Source: an uncultured Gammaproteobacteria bacterium
GTDB taxonomy: Bacteria; Patescibacteriota; Microgenomatia; Levybacterales; UBA12049
Direction: 5' to 3'
NCBI GenBank assembly: GCA_964469995.1
Contig: CAYYAC010000002.1
Span: 1 to 33,748, forward strand
DNA: 33,748 bases
The notes below the pieces were generated by a model. The model searched no databases. It saw only the letters and a list, made by a program, of their open reading frames with translations, and was not told the origin of the DNA. Of the stretch, positions 1-8,488 are shown in pieces. Position 1 is the first letter of the stretch, and the number at the start of each line of letters is the position of its first letter. Position numbers and translations under genes: made by a program.

Positions 1-387
1 TTGTAAGTCATCTTTATCTAGTTTATTTTTTTCTTTTATTTCAATAATTTTGCATCGTGATATTACAGTTGGCAATAAAGAATTTTTGTTATCGATAGTT
101 ATAATTATTAATGTATTTTCAGGAGGCTCTTCTAAAATTTTTAAAAGAGAATTTTGAGCTTGGGTAGTTAAACTATTTGTTGTATTTATCAGAATTATCT
201 TAATTGGACTTTTTATCGGTTTAAGAAATAATCTTTTTTGAATTTCAATTATGTCTTGTATTCCAACAGCTTTTTCAAAATTATTAATGTCTTCGTCTAT
301 TGGATTAACTTTTTCCAGGCTTGAAATCTTTTTGATTTCTTCACGCACTTTTTCCTGATTTTTAGAAACAATTATTATGCTTTGCAT
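1..387 (-). CDS. holB: DNA polymerase III delta-prime-like clamp-loader subunit, C-terminal part cut by window edge
   Basis: Minus-strand frame is open from ATG 387 to base 1; it is absent from the ORF track because it runs off the window. Translation MQSIIIVSKNQEKVREE...TTQAQNSLLKILEEPPENTLIIITIDNKNSLLPTVISRCKII carries the LLK.LEEPP box and SRC motif of delta-prime. There is no P-loop before them. Confidence 0.55.
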   Translation of the reverse strand, partial: MQSIIIVSKNQEKVREEIKKISSLEKVNPIDEDINNFEKAVGIQDIIEIQKRLFLKPIKSPIKIILINTTNSLTTQAQNSLLKILEEPPENTLIIITIDNKNSLLPTVISRCKIIEIKEKNKLDKDDLQ

Positions 388-390
388 GTG

Positions 391-420
391 TTGACATTTT
401 GAGTTGCTTCTAGCTATGAT
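391..420 (+). promoter_or_regulatory. sigma-70-like promoter of the pilB operon
   Basis: TTGACA 391-396, 18-nt spacer, TATGAT 415-420. In-frame ATG 428 lies 7 nt downstream with no SD. Confidence 0.5.
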
Positions 421-2149
421 AAATGCAATGCCCGATGTTCAAACCATTAATAATAATCAGACTTTAAGCGATGCTCTCCTTGCGTCTCATGCTATAACTC
501 AAGAGCAGTATAACGAAATAAAGGTTAAAAGCGCAAGCCAGGGAGTTTCTGAAGAAGAGATAATTAAAGCATCTAATTTTGTTACGGAAGATAAAATTAC
601 AGAGGCAAAGGCTAAGCTTTTAGGAATTCCCTTTGTGTCTTTAGATTCTGCTTCTTTTTCTCCTCAGGCCTTGAGTTTTGTTCCTCGCGCCGTTGCGGAA
701 AGATTTTCCCTAATCCCCTTTTTCTATGACGACAACACAAAAGTTCTATCTGTTGCAATGGCAAATCCTGTAGATTTGTCAGCTGTTGAATTTGTAAGCC
801 AAAAAACAGGGCTCACGATTAAAACTTTTGCGGCAATTCCTGCTGAAGTTGTAAGGGCTATAAACCAACAGTATAGGCAAGAACTAGTCGGTGAAGTTGG
901 AGCAGCTCTTAAAGAAACTGAAGATTTTAATAAGACCCGTACTGTTGACAGTACGCAAATTGCGCAGATTATAAAAGAAGCTCCAATTGCAAAGATAGTT
1001 GCAACTATTCTTGAGTATGCAGTAACAAGCCGCGCATCAGATGTACACATAGAACCTCAGGAAGACAGAATTAGGGTGCGTTATAGAATTGATGGAATTT
1101 TATATGACAAATTATCTTTGCCAAAAAATGTACAAGAGGCTGTTATTTCAAGAATAAAGATTCTTTCCGACATGAAAATAGATGAACACAGAACTCCTCA
1201 GGACGGCCGTTTCAATTTTAAAGTAGAAAAAGATGAAGTTGATCTTCGTGTATCTTCTATTCCAAATGTTTATGGAGAAAAAATAGTTATGAGGCTTCTT
1301 AGAAAATCTGGAGGAATTCCAACTTTGGAAGATTTAGGGCTTAATGGACCTGCTCTTAAAAGTCTTGAAACATCAATGCTTAGGCCCCACGGAATAATTA
1401 TTGTTTGTGGTCCGACAGGTTCTGGAAAAACCACAACTTTGTATGCAGTTTTGGCAAAACTTAACACAACGCGTGTTAATATTATGACTTTGGAAGACCC
1501 TGTTGAGTATCAAATTCAAGGTATTAATCAAGTTCAAATAAATCCTGGTGTTGGGCTTACTTTTGCAACGGGACTTAGGGCATTTTTAAGACAAGACCCA
1601 AACATTATTCTGGTTGGTGAAATTAGAGATCAAGAAACAACGGACTTGGCTATTCAAGCCGCACTTACAGGACATTTAGTCTTTTCAACTCTCCATACTT
1701 CAGATGCAGCAGGAGCTCTGCCCCGTCTTATTGATTTGGGTGCTGAAAATTTTCTTTTGTCTTCAACGATGAATGCAATTTTGGGACAAAGAATTGTTAG
1801 AAAAGTATGTCCTACTTGTAAAGAAGCATATAGTCCTCCTCCACAGATTTTAGAGGAATTAAAAAATGTACTTGGCAATCTTTTTCCTTCCACCCCGGAT
1901 ATTAAAATTTATAAAGGAAAAGGATGCGATCAATGTGGCAATTCAGGATATTTTGGCAGAATTGGTATTTTTGAAGTACTTCCTGTTAGCTCAAAAGTTG
2001 CAACTTTAGTTCTTGAAAAACAAGATAGTCAGGTAATTCAGAAAGAAGCTGTAGCGGAGGGAATGATAACAATGATGCAGGACGGTTTTCTTAAAGTTTT
2101 GCAAGGAATAACAACTCCGGAAGAAGTTCTTAGAGTTGCTCAGGAATAA
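404..2149 (+). CDS. pilB: type IV pilus assembly ATPase PilB (GspE family)
   Basis: N-terminal GspE_N-like region, Walker A GPTGSGKTTT, and tetracysteine CPTC...CDQC typical of PilB/GspE. Start is ambiguous (TTG 404, ATG 416, ATG 428); 428 fits the promoter geometry. Confidence 0.9.
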   Translation: MLLAMINAMPDVQTINNNQTLSDALLASHAITQEQYNEIKVKSASQGVSEEEIIKASNFVTEDKITEAKAKLLGIPFVSLDSASFSPQALSFVPRAVAERFSLIPFFYDDNTKVLSVAMANPVDLSAVEFVSQKTGLTIKTFAAIPAEVVRAINQQYRQELVGEVGAALKETEDFNKTRTVDSTQIAQIIKEAPIAKIVATILEYAVTSRASDVHIEPQEDRIRVRYRIDGILYDKLSLPKNVQEAVISRIKILSDMKIDEHRTPQDGRFNFKVEKDEVDLRVSSIPNVYGEKIVMRLLRKSGGIPTLEDLGLNGPALKSLETSMLRPHGIIIVCGPTGSGKTTTLYAVLAKLNTTRVNIMTLEDPVEYQIQGINQVQINPGVGLTFATGLRAFLRQDPNIILVGEIRDQETTDLAIQAALTGHLVFSTLHTSDAAGALPRLIDLGAENFLLSSTMNAILGQRIVRKVCPTCKEAYSPPPQILEELKNVLGNLFPSTPDIKIYKGKGCDQCGNSGYFGRIGIFEVLPVSSKVATLVLEKQDSQVIQKEAVAEGMITMMQDGFLKVLQGITTPEEVLRVAQE

Positions 2150-2152
2150 AAT

Positions 2153-3226
2153 ATGGATACAAACATACAACAGTTGTTGCAATTTACAATTCAAAACAAT
2201 TCATCAGATTTGCATCTTCTAGCTGGAATCCCTCCTGCTATAAGGATTGACGGCGCGCTAGTTTATGTTCCAAATTATCCCGCTCTCTCTAAGGAACAGA
2301 TTGAGCAAATGATTTTTTCACTTCTCTCCCCTACCCAAAAGCAACTTTTTCTTGCAAATAAGGAGCTAGACTTTTCTTTTGGTTTTGGCGGAGGAGTTTA
2401 TGGAGATAAAGGAAGATTTAGGGTAAACCTTTATTATCAAAGAGGCCTAGCAAGCGGAGCTTTTAGATTTTTGCCTCCTGTTATTAAAACAATTGAAGAT
2501 TTGGGACTTCCAAAAATTGCACACAACTTTGCATCTTTGCGTCAGGGATTTGTTTTAGTAACAGGTCCTACGGGACACGGAAAATCCAGTACTTTAGCTG
2601 CAATCATAAATGAAATAAATCTAACTCGTGCAACAAATATATTAACTATTGAAGATCCAATTGAATATATTTATCCAAACGGAAAAAGTATAATTTCTCA
2701 GCGTGAAATGGGCTCTGACACTCATTCCTGGACACTTGCTTTAAAGTCTGCACTGCGTGAAGATCCGGATGTAGTTTTAGTTGGGGAAATGAGAGATCCA
2801 GAAACAATATCTTCCGCTATTACGGTTGCTGAAACAGGACATTTGGTTTTTTCAACGCTTCATACAAATTCTGCATCTCAAACAATTGACAGAATGATTG
2901 ATTCTTTTCCGGCATATCAGCAGCCTCAGATTAGAGCGCAATTGGCTGCAACTCTTAAAGGAGTAATTTCACAGCGTCTTTTGCCAAAAATAAACGGAGG
3001 AAGAGTTCCTGCTGTTGAAATTCTTATTGGAACTCCAGCGCTTGCATCTAACATAAGAGAAGGAAAAACACATCTTATTGATTCTGTTATTCAGACTTCA
3101 GCGGATGTTGGAATGATTACCCTTGAGGCATCTTTGGCGCAACTTGTGCTCGCTGGGAGCATTAGTCTTGATATGGCAAAAAGTTATGCAATTCATCAGG
3201 AAGAATTATTGAGGTTGGTGGGATAA
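2153..3226 (+). CDS. pilT: twitching-motility retraction ATPase PilT
   Basis: 357 aa with Walker A GPTGHGKSST, an IRIDG motif near the N-terminus, no GspE_N domain, and PilT-typical size. Follows pilB after 3 nt. Confidence 0.85.
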   Translation: MDTNIQQLLQFTIQNNSSDLHLLAGIPPAIRIDGALVYVPNYPALSKEQIEQMIFSLLSPTQKQLFLANKELDFSFGFGGGVYGDKGRFRVNLYYQRGLASGAFRFLPPVIKTIEDLGLPKIAHNFASLRQGFVLVTGPTGHGKSSTLAAIINEINLTRATNILTIEDPIEYIYPNGKSIISQREMGSDTHSWTLALKSALREDPDVVLVGEMRDPETISSAITVAETGHLVFSTLHTNSASQTIDRMIDSFPAYQQPQIRAQLAATLKGVISQRLLPKINGGRVPAVEILIGTPALASNIREGKTHLIDSVIQTSADVGMITLEASLAQLVLAGSISLDMAKSYAIHQEELLRLVG

Positions 3227-3227
3227 C

Positions 3228-4433
3228 ATGAGACTTTCTTATAAAGCAATTGATAAGGAAGGAAAAGTTTCCCTGGGTCTTATAGAAGCAAAAGATGTTA
3301 ATGAGGCAGTTGTATATTTAAGAACGCGGGAACTTATTCCTATAACAGTAAAGAAAAAAGACAAAAGCAAGATTATGGAAATGATTCCTTTTATTCAGGG
3401 ATCAAAATCTGCAGATCTTATTTTCTTTACAAGACAATTGTCTTCAATGCTTACCTCCGGACTTACTCTCGTGCGTTCTCTTGAAATTCTAAAACAGCAA
3501 GTTCAAGGCGTCTATATGTTAGAAGTCATGGAGGGCGTTATTGCAGATATTGAAGGAGGGTCTTCTTTTTCTCTGGCTATTGCAAAATATCCAGCTATGT
3601 TTTCTTCAATCTATGTTTCCATTATTAAAACCGCAGAAGAATCAGGGCTTTTGGATAAAACACTTCTCCGGCTTGCAGATAATCTTGAAAAACAAGCAAA
3701 ACTTAGAAGTTCTATAAAATCCGCTCTTATGTATCCTATTATTGTTGTTATTCTTATGGTTGTCGTTGTTATTATTATGATGCTCTTTGTTATTCCTCAG
3801 CTTTCAGTCCTCTACGAGAATTTAAATATTCCACTCCCCTTGCCTACTCAAATTATTGTTAATATGTCAAAGTTTATAATAGTTTTTTGGCCGCTTGTTA
3901 TATTTTTGATAGTTGTTGCGATATCTTTGTATAGACGTTTTGCAAAATCTCCTTCTGGGAAGCTTTTTATAGATGCTACAGTCTTAAAACTTCCAGTGTT
4001 TGGAAAATTAATAAGACAAACTATACTTGCAGAATTTTCCAGAACTTTCGGGCTTTTGGTTGGAACAGGAACGCTGGTTGTTGATGCTCTTCTTCAGACT
4101 GCGGGAAGCGCAAATAACACTTTTTATAAAAACGCAATTATTGATATTTCTAAAAAAGTTGAAAAAGGAGTTACTGTCGGAGACGCTATGTCTTCTTCTA
4201 TACTTTTTCCGCCGCTTCTTGTCCAATTAACTAGAATTGGAGAACAGACTGGAAAATTAGATGATTCTCTTATCAAGGCATCTGAGTATTTTGAACGAGA
4301 GGTTGATCAGCAGGTTAAAACATTAACTACAGCAATGGAGCCTATAATCATGATATTTTTGGGTGTTGGCGTTGCTTTTCTTATTATTTCTGTTATCACG
4401 CCAATTTATAGTCTTATATCATCTATTCAGTAA
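3228..4433 (+). CDS. pilC: type IV pilus platform protein PilC (GspF family)
   Basis: 401 aa with two T2SSF-like repeats separated by hydrophobic segments. Position directly after pilB-pilT. Confidence 0.85.
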   Translation: MRLSYKAIDKEGKVSLGLIEAKDVNEAVVYLRTRELIPITVKKKDKSKIMEMIPFIQGSKSADLIFFTRQLSSMLTSGLTLVRSLEILKQQVQGVYMLEVMEGVIADIEGGSSFSLAIAKYPAMFSSIYVSIIKTAEESGLLDKTLLRLADNLEKQAKLRSSIKSALMYPIIVVILMVVVVIIMMLFVIPQLSVLYENLNIPLPLPTQIIVNMSKFIIVFWPLVIFLIVVAISLYRRFAKSPSGKLFIDATVLKLPVFGKLIRQTILAEFSRTFGLLVGTGTLVVDALLQTAGSANNTFYKNAIIDISKKVEKGVTVGDAMSSSILFPPLLVQLTRIGEQTGKLDDSLIKASEYFEREVDQQVKTLTTAMEPIIMIFLGVGVAFLIISVITPIYSLISSIQ

Positions 4434-4447
4434 TTAATTGTTCCCAC

Positions 4448-4478
4448 TTGACAACATGTTTTCAAATATGGTTATACT
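4448..4478 (+). promoter_or_regulatory. sigma-70-like promoter in front of the pilin gene
   Basis: TTGACA 4448-4453, then TTATAC/TATACT at 4472-4478 (18-19 nt spacer). ATG 4491 is 12 nt downstream with no SD. Confidence 0.45.
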
Positions 4479-4490
4479 AATAATATCTAG

Positions 4491-5066
4491 ATGAAAAGAC
4501 TGCTCACACGTTTTAAATCAAATGCTGGTTTTACCCTCATAGAACTTCTGGTTGTTATAGGTATTTTGGGTGTTCTAGCTTCTGCTTTAGTTGCAACTAT
4601 TGACCCTTTTGAGCAGTTGAACAAAGCTCAGGATGCTAATGTTAAAAACGCCTCTGTAGAATTTTTAAATTCAAACATAAGATACTTTACAACGCACAAT
4701 GCAATGCCATGGTTTGATTCAGCAGACGGAGGAACAAATTGTTATTCAACAACTACTTTGACTCAAATTTCCCTTTTGCAATTAAACAATAATTCCACCA
4801 CAACTGACCTTGGCTGTATGAAAGCTTTAATAGATGAAGGAGAATTAAAGCAGGGATTTGCAACATTTAACGGATTGAGCAAGATATTTGTAACAAACCC
4901 AAATCCACAGACTCCAGATGATCCAAACAGCGTTATTGCTTGCTATAAACCAATCTCTAAATCAGGGCAAAAAGATCCATTAGCTAAATATGCTCAAGAC
5001 GGTTCAGCTGGAACAACTTGCATATCTGCGGGTGGAGCAACACCTTGCTATTGGTGTGCACAGTAG
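4491..5066 (+). CDS. type IV pilin, candidate major pilin
   Basis: Class III signal MKRLLTRFKSNAG|FTLIELLVVIGILGVLA with Glu at +5. 191 aa, paired Cys in the C-terminal half. It has its own promoter and sits first among the pilin genes. Confidence 0.8.
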   Translation: MKRLLTRFKSNAGFTLIELLVVIGILGVLASALVATIDPFEQLNKAQDANVKNASVEFLNSNIRYFTTHNAMPWFDSADGGTNCYSTTTLTQISLLQLNNNSTTTDLGCMKALIDEGELKQGFATFNGLSKIFVTNPNPQTPDDPNSVIACYKPISKSGQKDPLAKYAQDGSAGTTCISAGGATPCYWCAQ

Positions 5067-5075
5067 AATAACCTC

Positions 5076-5828
5076 ATGCTAATTTTTTCTCTTTTGATTT
5101 TTATTCTAGGACTTTTCGTGGGATCTTTCTTGAATGTCTTTGTAGATAGAACAAAAAACGGAGAAAGCTTTATTAAAGGAAGGTCTCATTGTGATAATTG
5201 CAATAAAGATATTGCTTGGTACGATTTAATACCAGTTTTTTCTTTTCTATTTCTTAAAGGTAAATGCAGATATTGCAAGAAGTCTTTAAGTTTTTACTAC
5301 CCCATTGTAGAGGTTTCTACAGGAGTTTTATTCCTGTCTACTGTCTTTTTCCTAAATTTAGGAAGTGAGTTTTCTTTTTTGATGATGTACTGGCTGCTAC
5401 TTGCGTCTTTTTTGCTAATTACATTTTTTATTGATTTGAAATATGGGATAATTCCAGACAAGATAATTTATCCCGCTGTTTTAATGGCTTCAATTTTTAT
5501 TTTAATAGTTAGTCCTCATGCCTTTCTCTACTATCTTCTCTGCGGGCTAGGAGCGGCTATTTTTATGTATCTGCTTTCTTTTTGGGGAATGGGAGGAGGA
5601 GATATAAAGCTGTCTTTTTTAATGGGGATTGTTTTAGGTTTTCCTAAAATTATTTTAGCATTGTATCTGGCATTCTTGACAGGAGCTGTGGCTGGGGTCA
5701 TACTTATTTTATGGAGAAAAAAGAAACTTCGGGGGAGCACAATTCCCTTTGGTCCTTTTCTAGTTTTGGGAACTTTTCTAAGTCTTTTCTTTTGGGAATT
5801 CTTCATAAAACTTCTCCCAATCTTCTAA
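5076..5828 (+). CDS. pilD: prepilin peptidase / N-methyltransferase PilD (A24 family)
   Basis: Polytopic 250 aa with CDNC...CRYC zinc motif and the GGGDIKL aspartyl box. Confidence 0.85.
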   Translation: MLIFSLLIFILGLFVGSFLNVFVDRTKNGESFIKGRSHCDNCNKDIAWYDLIPVFSFLFLKGKCRYCKKSLSFYYPIVEVSTGVLFLSTVFFLNLGSEFSFLMMYWLLLASFLLITFFIDLKYGIIPDKIIYPAVLMASIFILIVSPHAFLYYLLCGLGAAIFMYLLSFWGMGGGDIKLSFLMGIVLGFPKIILALYLAFLTGAVAGVILILWRKKKLRGSTIPFGPFLVLGTFLSLFFWEFFIKLLPIF

Positions 5829-7048
5829 AAAGAAAAAAAGGCTTTACCTTAGTAGAGCTAGTGGTGGTTCTTGGTATGATTGCTGTCCTTATAACAATAG
5901 TAATTGCTATGCTAAACCCCTTAAGGCAAATTGCAAAATCAAAAGATGCACTTCGTCAACACGATTTACAGCAAATTAAAAATGCCTTGGATATTTATTA
6001 CAATGACCATAATTGCTATCCAGATTCTGTTCCGTTTGGGGGGCAATGGAAAGAAGGGTCAACTGTATATATGCAGAAGGTTCCTCAGGACCCGGATTTT
6101 GCAAAAAGTGTATATGTTTACGAAACTGATACTGCAAACTTGTGCCCCCAGTGGGCTGTATTGTTTGCTAACATGTCTGCAGCGAATGGCAGTACGCTGC
6201 TCTGTGGATTAGCTGCTTTACAAAGCTGTGTTCCTACAAATTATCAGCCTTCGTATGCATGTACACTCCTTGGAAATGTTGACTGCAATTTTATAAGTTC
6301 TAACATAGTTAGCTTCCCAACTCCTACTCCATCTACTACATCAACACCAACTCCTTCATCAGTTCCAGAACAAAAGAACTTAGTATTTGTCACAAGCACT
6401 TCATATAGCGGTAATTTAGGAGGATTATCTGGGGCAGACAATAAATGCCGGGAATTGGCTATATCTGCTGGACTTCAGGGTACATACAAAGCATGGCTTA
6501 GCTATACTGTAACTTCAGCTAAAAGTAGGATTAGTCATTCTAATTACCCTTATGTAAATGTAATTGGAGAGACTATTGCAAATAATTGGAATGATCTTAC
6601 GGATGGAAGTTTGGATAATTCTATAAATATAGATGAGACTGGCAAGAGACTTACTGCAAATGTAGGAGCGTGGACTGGAACAACATCTGACGGAAGCATA
6701 TCTAATGTATCAGGAATTAATGACAACTGTAACAGTTGGACAAACGCAACAAACAATAATGGTGTATACGGATGGGCTAATCATCCCTTGGGAGCTTTGT
6801 CGGTAGGTCCTGGATGGACATCGGCCTCACACGTAAATTGCGCTGTCTCTGATTCTTTCCCTCTGCATCTCTATTGTATTCAGCAGGATTTTTCAAATAC
6901 TCCAACGCCTACCCCTACGCCATCCCCTACTCCGAGCGGTTTCTGTTCTGCTGATTATGATTGCACAGGAAATCCCGCAAGATGTAATGTTGTACGCACT
7001 GGTCGTGGTCACTATTGTTCTTCTAATTGTGATGGAGTATGTCTATGA
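5792..7048 (+). CDS. modular pilin: class III signal + GspG-like core + P/T linker + endostatin/DUF1554-like domain + P/T linker + 6-Cys module
   Basis: KRKKG|FTLVELVVVLGMIAVL; DLQQIKNALDIYYNDHNCYP...VPQDP; LVFVTSTSYSGNLGGLSGADNKC...LHLYCIQQ; C-terminal GFCSADYDCTGNPARCNVVRTGRGHYCSSNCDGVCL. Start uncertain: ATG 5711 overlaps pilD by 118 nt, TTG 5792 by 37 nt, and there is no ATG/GTG next to the signal. Confidence 0.8.
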   Translation: MGILHKTSPNLLKRKKGFTLVELVVVLGMIAVLITIVIAMLNPLRQIAKSKDALRQHDLQQIKNALDIYYNDHNCYPDSVPFGGQWKEGSTVYMQKVPQDPDFAKSVYVYETDTANLCPQWAVLFANMSAANGSTLLCGLAALQSCVPTNYQPSYACTLLGNVDCNFISSNIVSFPTPTPSTTSTPTPSSVPEQKNLVFVTSTSYSGNLGGLSGADNKCRELAISAGLQGTYKAWLSYTVTSAKSRISHSNYPYVNVIGETIANNWNDLTDGSLDNSINIDETGKRLTANVGAWTGTTSDGSISNVSGINDNCNSWTNATNNNGVYGWANHPLGALSVGPGWTSASHVNCAVSDSFPLHLYCIQQDFSNTPTPTPTPSPTPSGFCSADYDCTGNPARCNVVRTGRGHYCSSNCDGVCL

Positions 7049-7536
7049 GAAAAGGATTTACTTTAATTGAGCTTTTGATTGTCGTTGCAATACTATCAAT
7101 TCTTTCCGTAGGAGCGATTACAATTCTAAATCCCTCTCTTCAGTTTGCAAAAGCTAACGATGCAAGAAGAAAAGCGGATCTTGCTCAGATTCAAAGAGGT
7201 CTTGAAACTTATTATAATGACAATGGAAAATATCCGCCAACTGCTCCTAGCTTTAGAATAAAGGGGCTTGACGGGAACGCTGTTAATTGGAATTCCTCAT
7301 GGCAGCCATATATTGATGTTTTGCCTAAAGATCCAAGCCCATCTAAGAATTATTTATATTTTTCACCCCTAGATGGACAGTCCTACTTCCTTTATGCTAG
7401 CCTAGATAGAGGGACTGATCCAAGTGTATGTAATGAGGGCGCACCTTGTGAGAGCTTGGTGTCTAACGATATAGAAAGTAATGCATGCGGAGGTGTGTGT
7501 AATTTTGGATTAACTAGTCCAAATGTAAGTCCATGA
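7045..7536 (+). CDS. GspG-like pilin / pseudopilin
   Basis: MRKG|FTLIELLIVVAILSIL; DLAQIQRGLETYYNDNGKYP...LPKDP; 4 C-terminal Cys. GGAG lies 7 nt before ATG 7045, and ATGA overlaps the upstream stop. The track start 7039 is possible. Confidence 0.8.
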   Translation: MRKGFTLIELLIVVAILSILSVGAITILNPSLQFAKANDARRKADLAQIQRGLETYYNDNGKYPPTAPSFRIKGLDGNAVNWNSSWQPYIDVLPKDPSPSKNYLYFSPLDGQSYFLYASLDRGTDPSVCNEGAPCESLVSNDIESNACGGVCNFGLTSPNVSP

Positions 7537-8027
7537 TTAAAAAATATTTAAATAAAAAGGGCTTTACTCTTGTTGAACTTCTTATTGTTGTCTCTATTAT
7601 TGGAGTGCTAACTACTCTTCTTATGGCAAATTTCATAGGAGTAAGGCAGCGCGCTAGAGACGCTCAGAGAAAATCCGATTTACGTCAAATTCAGTCTGCT
7701 CTTGAATTATACCGCGCAGACCAAGGTTCATATCCTACAACAAGCTCTCTTTCCGGACCTAACTCTGTTGGTAATTGCGACAGCGGAACTTCTATAAAAA
7801 GTCCCAACAATTGTTCCGTATCAACGTATATGACAACTGTTCCTAAAGATCCAATGGGCTCTTTGTATTTTAATAGTGGAAATTATTATTTTTCAGGTGA
7901 TGGGACAACGTATACTCTTGGAGCTTGTCTTGAGAATGCAAGCGATTCACAGGGGACATTAAGCTCTCCCAGCGGAAATGATGATTACTGCTCATCAAAA
8001 GTATACTACGTTCTAAACAATCCATGA
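7533..8027 (+). CDS. GspG-like pilin / pseudopilin
   Basis: MIKKYLNKKG|FTLVELLIVVSIIGVL; DLRQIQSALELYRADQGSYP...VPKDP; ATGA overlap. Confidence 0.8.
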   Translation: MIKKYLNKKGFTLVELLIVVSIIGVLTTLLMANFIGVRQRARDAQRKSDLRQIQSALELYRADQGSYPTTSSLSGPNSVGNCDSGTSIKSPNNCSVSTYMTTVPKDPMGSLYFNSGNYYFSGDGTTYTLGACLENASDSQGTLSSPSGNDDYCSSKVYYVLNNP

Positions 8028-8488
8028 ACAGAAGCTTAGGTTTTACCCTTATTGAGCTTAGTGTTGTAATTTCAATTATGGCAGTTTTAAGCACTATGGG
8101 AATTGCAGCATTTGTAAATTACAGCAGAACACAATCTCTTCAAAATGCAGCCTACGATTTAATAACAGTTTTAAATCTTGCTAAATCACGTTCTTTTTCT
8201 CAGGTGAAACCCCCAGGCTGTACAGTTTTAGATGGGTACAAAGTTTCCCTGTCAAATTCCGATAATAGTTATAAAATTGAGGCGATTTGTTTGGGAAATG
8301 CTTTCGGAACGGTTAGCAAAGATTTGCCGCAAAATATAAGTATATCTTCTGATTCTAGCTGTACATCTTCTTCTTCATTCTTTTATCCCATAATCTCAGG
8401 AGGAGTCAGCGGAAGCGGATGTATTGTTCTTTCAGGATATAATCAAAAAAAAATAATAACCGTAGACATGCTGGGGACTGTTAAATGA
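8024..8488 (+). CDS. minor pilin (GspH/FimT-like)
   Basis: MNRSLG|FTLIELSVVISIMAVL; 154 aa; ATGA overlap on both sides. Confidence 0.7.
   Translation: MNRSLGFTLIELSVVISIMAVLSTMGIAAFVNYSRTQSLQNAAYDLITVLNLAKSRSFSQVKPPGCTVLDGYKVSLSNSDNSYKIEAICLGNAFGTVSKDLPQNISISSDSSCTSSSSFFYPIISGGVSGSGCIVLSGYNQKKIITVDMLGTVK

Noticed and set aside
724-1050. Antisense or alternate-frame ORFs of 60-117 aa inside well-supported genes. Examples: 724-1050, 1270-1467, 1654-1893, 4008-4226, 5531-5806, 5931-6212, 16143-16397, 17983-18264, 22582-22845, 24770-25099, 25822-26175, 27275-27787.
   Set aside because: Each lies entirely within a longer ORF that has clear family motifs on the other strand or frame. Their translations are low-complexity (F/L/S/I-rich) with no motifs. 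They are typical shadow ORFs.
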